A DNA stretch of 64,000 nt from Isurus oxyrinchus. Lineage: Eukaryota. A model generated the notes under the pieces. The model saw only the letters and a program-made list of their open reading frames with translations, was not told the DNA's origin and did not search any database. A program made the translations under genes and the position numbers. The DNA lies in NCBI GenBank assembly GCA_026770705.1, contig JANJGN010000026.1:34782001-34846000 (forward strand), given 5' to 3'. Positions within the stretch are counted from its first letter, which is position 1, and every line of letters begins with the position of its first letter. Of this stretch, positions 63,126 to 64,000 are shown one piece after another.

Positions 63126-64000
63126 GCGGGTACGTCTAGAACATGTCATGCTTCATTGCTTGCAAAAGACATTATAATTATTTTCCAGCATGTTACCATA
63201 GTTTATTGAGAATATATCTATTTGCTGCCTATGCTGCCGTTAATATTTATCGGTAATGCATTGTCTTGAGTGTTCTGGAAAGTAATGCCAAGCTGGCCAT
63301 TCCGTTGTAAAGGAAAATGCATCTTTCAACTGACTCACTGAACTTCTTCCATCTCTTCCCTCTCTCAGACTTCACTTAACTCACACAGACGCACAACGGC
63401 CGGATCTGGCAGCTACGAGGAACCGATGTTTAAATCTTTTGCTTAAGGCACATTATCACTGAAAAGACCTCATCAGAGGAAAATTCAGTGCCATAAAGAC
63501 ACCAGCTCCCTCACTTAACCTCTCTCCTCTTTTTTTCCTCAGTCAGCACTTAAAACATTCCATTTCAGAATAACCCCCTGTGAGGGGTATTATTGTTTTA
63601 ATTTCCCCTCTTTTCTCTCAGTGATAACATTCAGTCCATCCCGCCTTCGGTTAATATGTTACAACCAAAACAATCTCATTTATTTAATTCTTTAAATTGG
63701 GAATGAAGGTGAATGTAATGCTGAGACCGGAAGCAATCTGTGTGGCTGTTCTTGATGCTGTCAGAGTGAGTTCACCCTCACAGGCAGGAAGACTGTTCAC
63801 GGTGATAACATGAAACTGACGCCTGCTGTTTCATTCTCAGGTAACACAACTTCCTGTTTCTCTGCTGCCGGTTCCAAACCGCACATCTCACTTCTGAGCA
63901 GAAAATAAATCCAGGGGCCACAATCTGGTGAGAACATCTGTCAACGCGGCCTATATCTGGCAACAGAGTCAGGGCAGAGTCACACAGATCACATTGCGGT

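Noticed and set aside
63778-63963. Possible exon at the right edge (minus strand, CAG…GTGAGA)
   Set aside because: No recognisable protein motif and the context is cut by the window end.

Overview
Eukaryotic, repeat-rich genomic DNA from a cartilaginous fish (shark/ray). The shark assignment rests on the Ig organisation and the HE1-type SINEs; the species cannot be fixed from the sequence alone. The main feature is one complete, germline (unrearranged) and apparently intact immunoglobulin mu heavy-chain cluster on the minus strand (34919->15661): leader, VH(23-RSS), (12)D1(22), (12)D2(12), (23)JH, an 11.35-kb intron, CH1-CH4 with secretory tail, TM1 and TM2. All exons have GT-AG borders in compatible phases. 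The J-C intron holds a ~1.5-kb tract that is G-rich on the non-template strand, an orphan stearoyl-CoA-desaturase-like exon fragment, and a ~280-bp inverted duplication. Downstream of the cluster (low coordinates) are a decayed tRNA cluster, a C2H2 zinc-finger pseudogene and a CpG-rich, possibly bidirectional promoter. Upstream (40-61 kb) is a 27/54-bp satellite domain with higher-order structure. CR1, L2, RTE, HE1-type and Penelope-like retroelement fragments are scattered throughout, and the Penelope termini carry degenerate minimal hammerhead-ribozyme motifs. Most ORFs in the supplied track are repeat artefacts. I found no system I can demonstrate to be wholly new; the best leads are the switch-like tract and the SCD-like fragment in the J-C intron. 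Repeat boundaries are approximate (judged by eye), and reference sequences are quoted from memory.
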